A DNA stretch of 64,000 bases, from NCBI RefSeq assembly GCF_004010195.1, contig NC_057749.1:2086800-2150799 (forward strand), given 5' to 3'. Numbering within the stretch: position 1 is the first letter of the stretch; each line of letters opens with the position of its first letter. Made by a program: the position numbers and the translations under genes. Source of the stretch: Chiloscyllium plagiosum (lineage: Eukaryota). Shown here piece after piece: positions 62,368 to 64,000 of the stretch. Below the pieces are notes generated by a model that made no database searches, was not told where the DNA came from, and saw nothing but the letters and a program-made list of their open reading frames with translations.

Positions 62368-64000
62368 AAATCACTGGAGGAGGAGACTCCACAAATATCC
62401 CCAACCTCAATGATGGAAGGCCCCAGCACATCAGAGCAAAAGATGAGGTTGAAGCTTTTACAGCAGTCTTCAGCCAGCAGTGCAGAGTGGATGATCCACT
62501 GGCCCTCAGCATTGCAGATACCAGTCTTCAGCCAATTTGATTCACTCCACATGATATCAAGAAATGGTTGGAGACATTGGAAACTGCAACAGTTACGGGC
62601 CCTGACAATATTCCAGCAATCACACTGAAGACTTGTGCTTCAAAACTTGCCACTCCCCTAGCCAAGCTGTTCCAGTGCAGTTACAACACTGGCATCTACC
62701 CAACAATGTGGAAAATTGCTCGCATCTATCCTGTGCATAAAAAAGCAGCTCAAATCCAACCCTGCCAATTACTGCCTCATCAGTGTACTCTTCATCATCA
62801 GTAAAATAATGGGAAGTGTCGTTAATAGTGATAGCAAGCAGCACCTGCTCAGTAATAACCTACTCAGTGACGCTCAGTTTGGGTTCTGCCAGGACCACTC
62901 AGCTTCTGATCCCATTACAGCCTTGGTTCAAACATGGACAGAAGAGCTAAATTCCAGAGGGGAGGGGAGAGTAACAGCCCTTGACATCAAGGCTGCATTC
63001 GACTGAATGTGGCATCAAGGAGCCGTGGCAAAACTGGAATCAATGGGTATTGGGGGCAGACTCTCCGATGGTTAGAGTCATACCTGTCACATAGGAAGAT
63101 GGTTGTTGGAGGTCAGTCATCTCAGCTCCGGGACATCTCTGCAGGAGTTCCTCAGGGTAGTGTCCTAGGCCCAAACATCATCAGCTGCTTCATCAATGAC
63201 CTTTCCTCCATTAAAACATCTGAAGTGGGGATGTTCACTGATGATTGCACAATGTTCAGCACCATTCGCGGCGACTCAAATGCTGAAACAGTCTGTGTCC
63301 AAATGTAACAAGATCTGGGCAATATCCAGACTTGAGCTGACAAGTGGCTGATAAGTCATGCCACACAAATGCCAGGCTATGACCATCACCAATAAGAGAC
63401 AGACTAACCACTGCCCCTTGACATTCAATGATGTTATCATCACTGAGTCCCACACTATCAACATCCTGGGAGTTATCAGTGATCAGAAACTTCACTGGAT
63501 TCATCACATAAATGCAGTGGCTATAAGAGCAGGTGAAAGGCTAGGAGTACTGCAGCGAGTAACTCCCCTTCTGATTCTGAAAGCCTGTCAATCATCTGCA
63601 ACACTTACACCAGGAGTGTGATGGAGTACTCCCCACTAGCCTAGATGAGTGCAGCTCCAGCAACAATCAAGAAACAGGGCAAAGCAGCCTGCTTGATTGA
63701 CATTGTACCCACCAGCATCCATTCCCTCCACCACCAATGCTGAGTAGTAGCAGTGTGGTGTACTATCTACAAAATGCACTGCAGAAACTCACCAAAGATC
63801 CTAAGGCAGCACCTTCCAAACCAATGACAACATCCATCTAGAAGGACAAGGGCAGCAGGTATATGAGAACACCACCATTTTCAAGTTCCCCTCCAAACCA
63901 CTCACCATCTTGACTTGGAAATATATTGCTGTTCCTTCACTTGCTGGGTCAAAATCCTGGAATTCCCTTCCTAATGACATTGTGGGTTAACCCACAGTGG

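Larger units (their letters stand above)
59930..64000 (+). mobile_element. near full-length degenerate LINE (CR1/L2 group) with tRNA/Deu-SINE-like 5' head
   Basis: APE remnants (YRPP, LDL.L); RT GPDNIP..LK.CA..LA.PL..LF, QFGF, ALDIKAAFD, GVPQGSVLGP and FTDD; the head matches the short SINE copies. Confidence 0.82.

Overview
Repeat-rich eukaryotic DNA, most likely an elasmobranch (shark), judged from HE1/V-SINE-type SINEs, CR1/L2 LINEs and Penelope-like elements. It has four N gaps: 3752-4702, 5667-6313, 12402-12901 (exactly 500 N) and 16618-17098. Left of the 500-N gap are four in-phase + strand exons of GLI1, from the SUFU-binding SYGH exon to the first half of zinc finger 1; no later GLI exons were found. 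Right of the gap is a disabled HYKK (hydroxylysine kinase) gene with three recognisable exons and no catalytic last exon. It is followed by a 57-bp GC-rich tandem array with CTCF-like motifs, a CpG-island promoter, and six intact coding exons of PSMA4 (proteasome alpha-3/alpha type 4). HYKK-PSMA4 is the known vertebrate gene order, whereas GLI1 next to HYKK/PSMA4 is not, so the 500-N gap may be a scaffold misjoin. Other notable signals: a decayed antisense reading frame in a HYKK intron that rejoins in frame when a Penelope insertion is removed; many Penelope minimal hammerhead-ribozyme motifs from about three families; a LINE with a tRNA-like SINE head; and a locus-specific inverted duplication. 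Family assignments were made by eye from remembered protein and repeat motifs, with no database search, and repeat boundaries are approximate.
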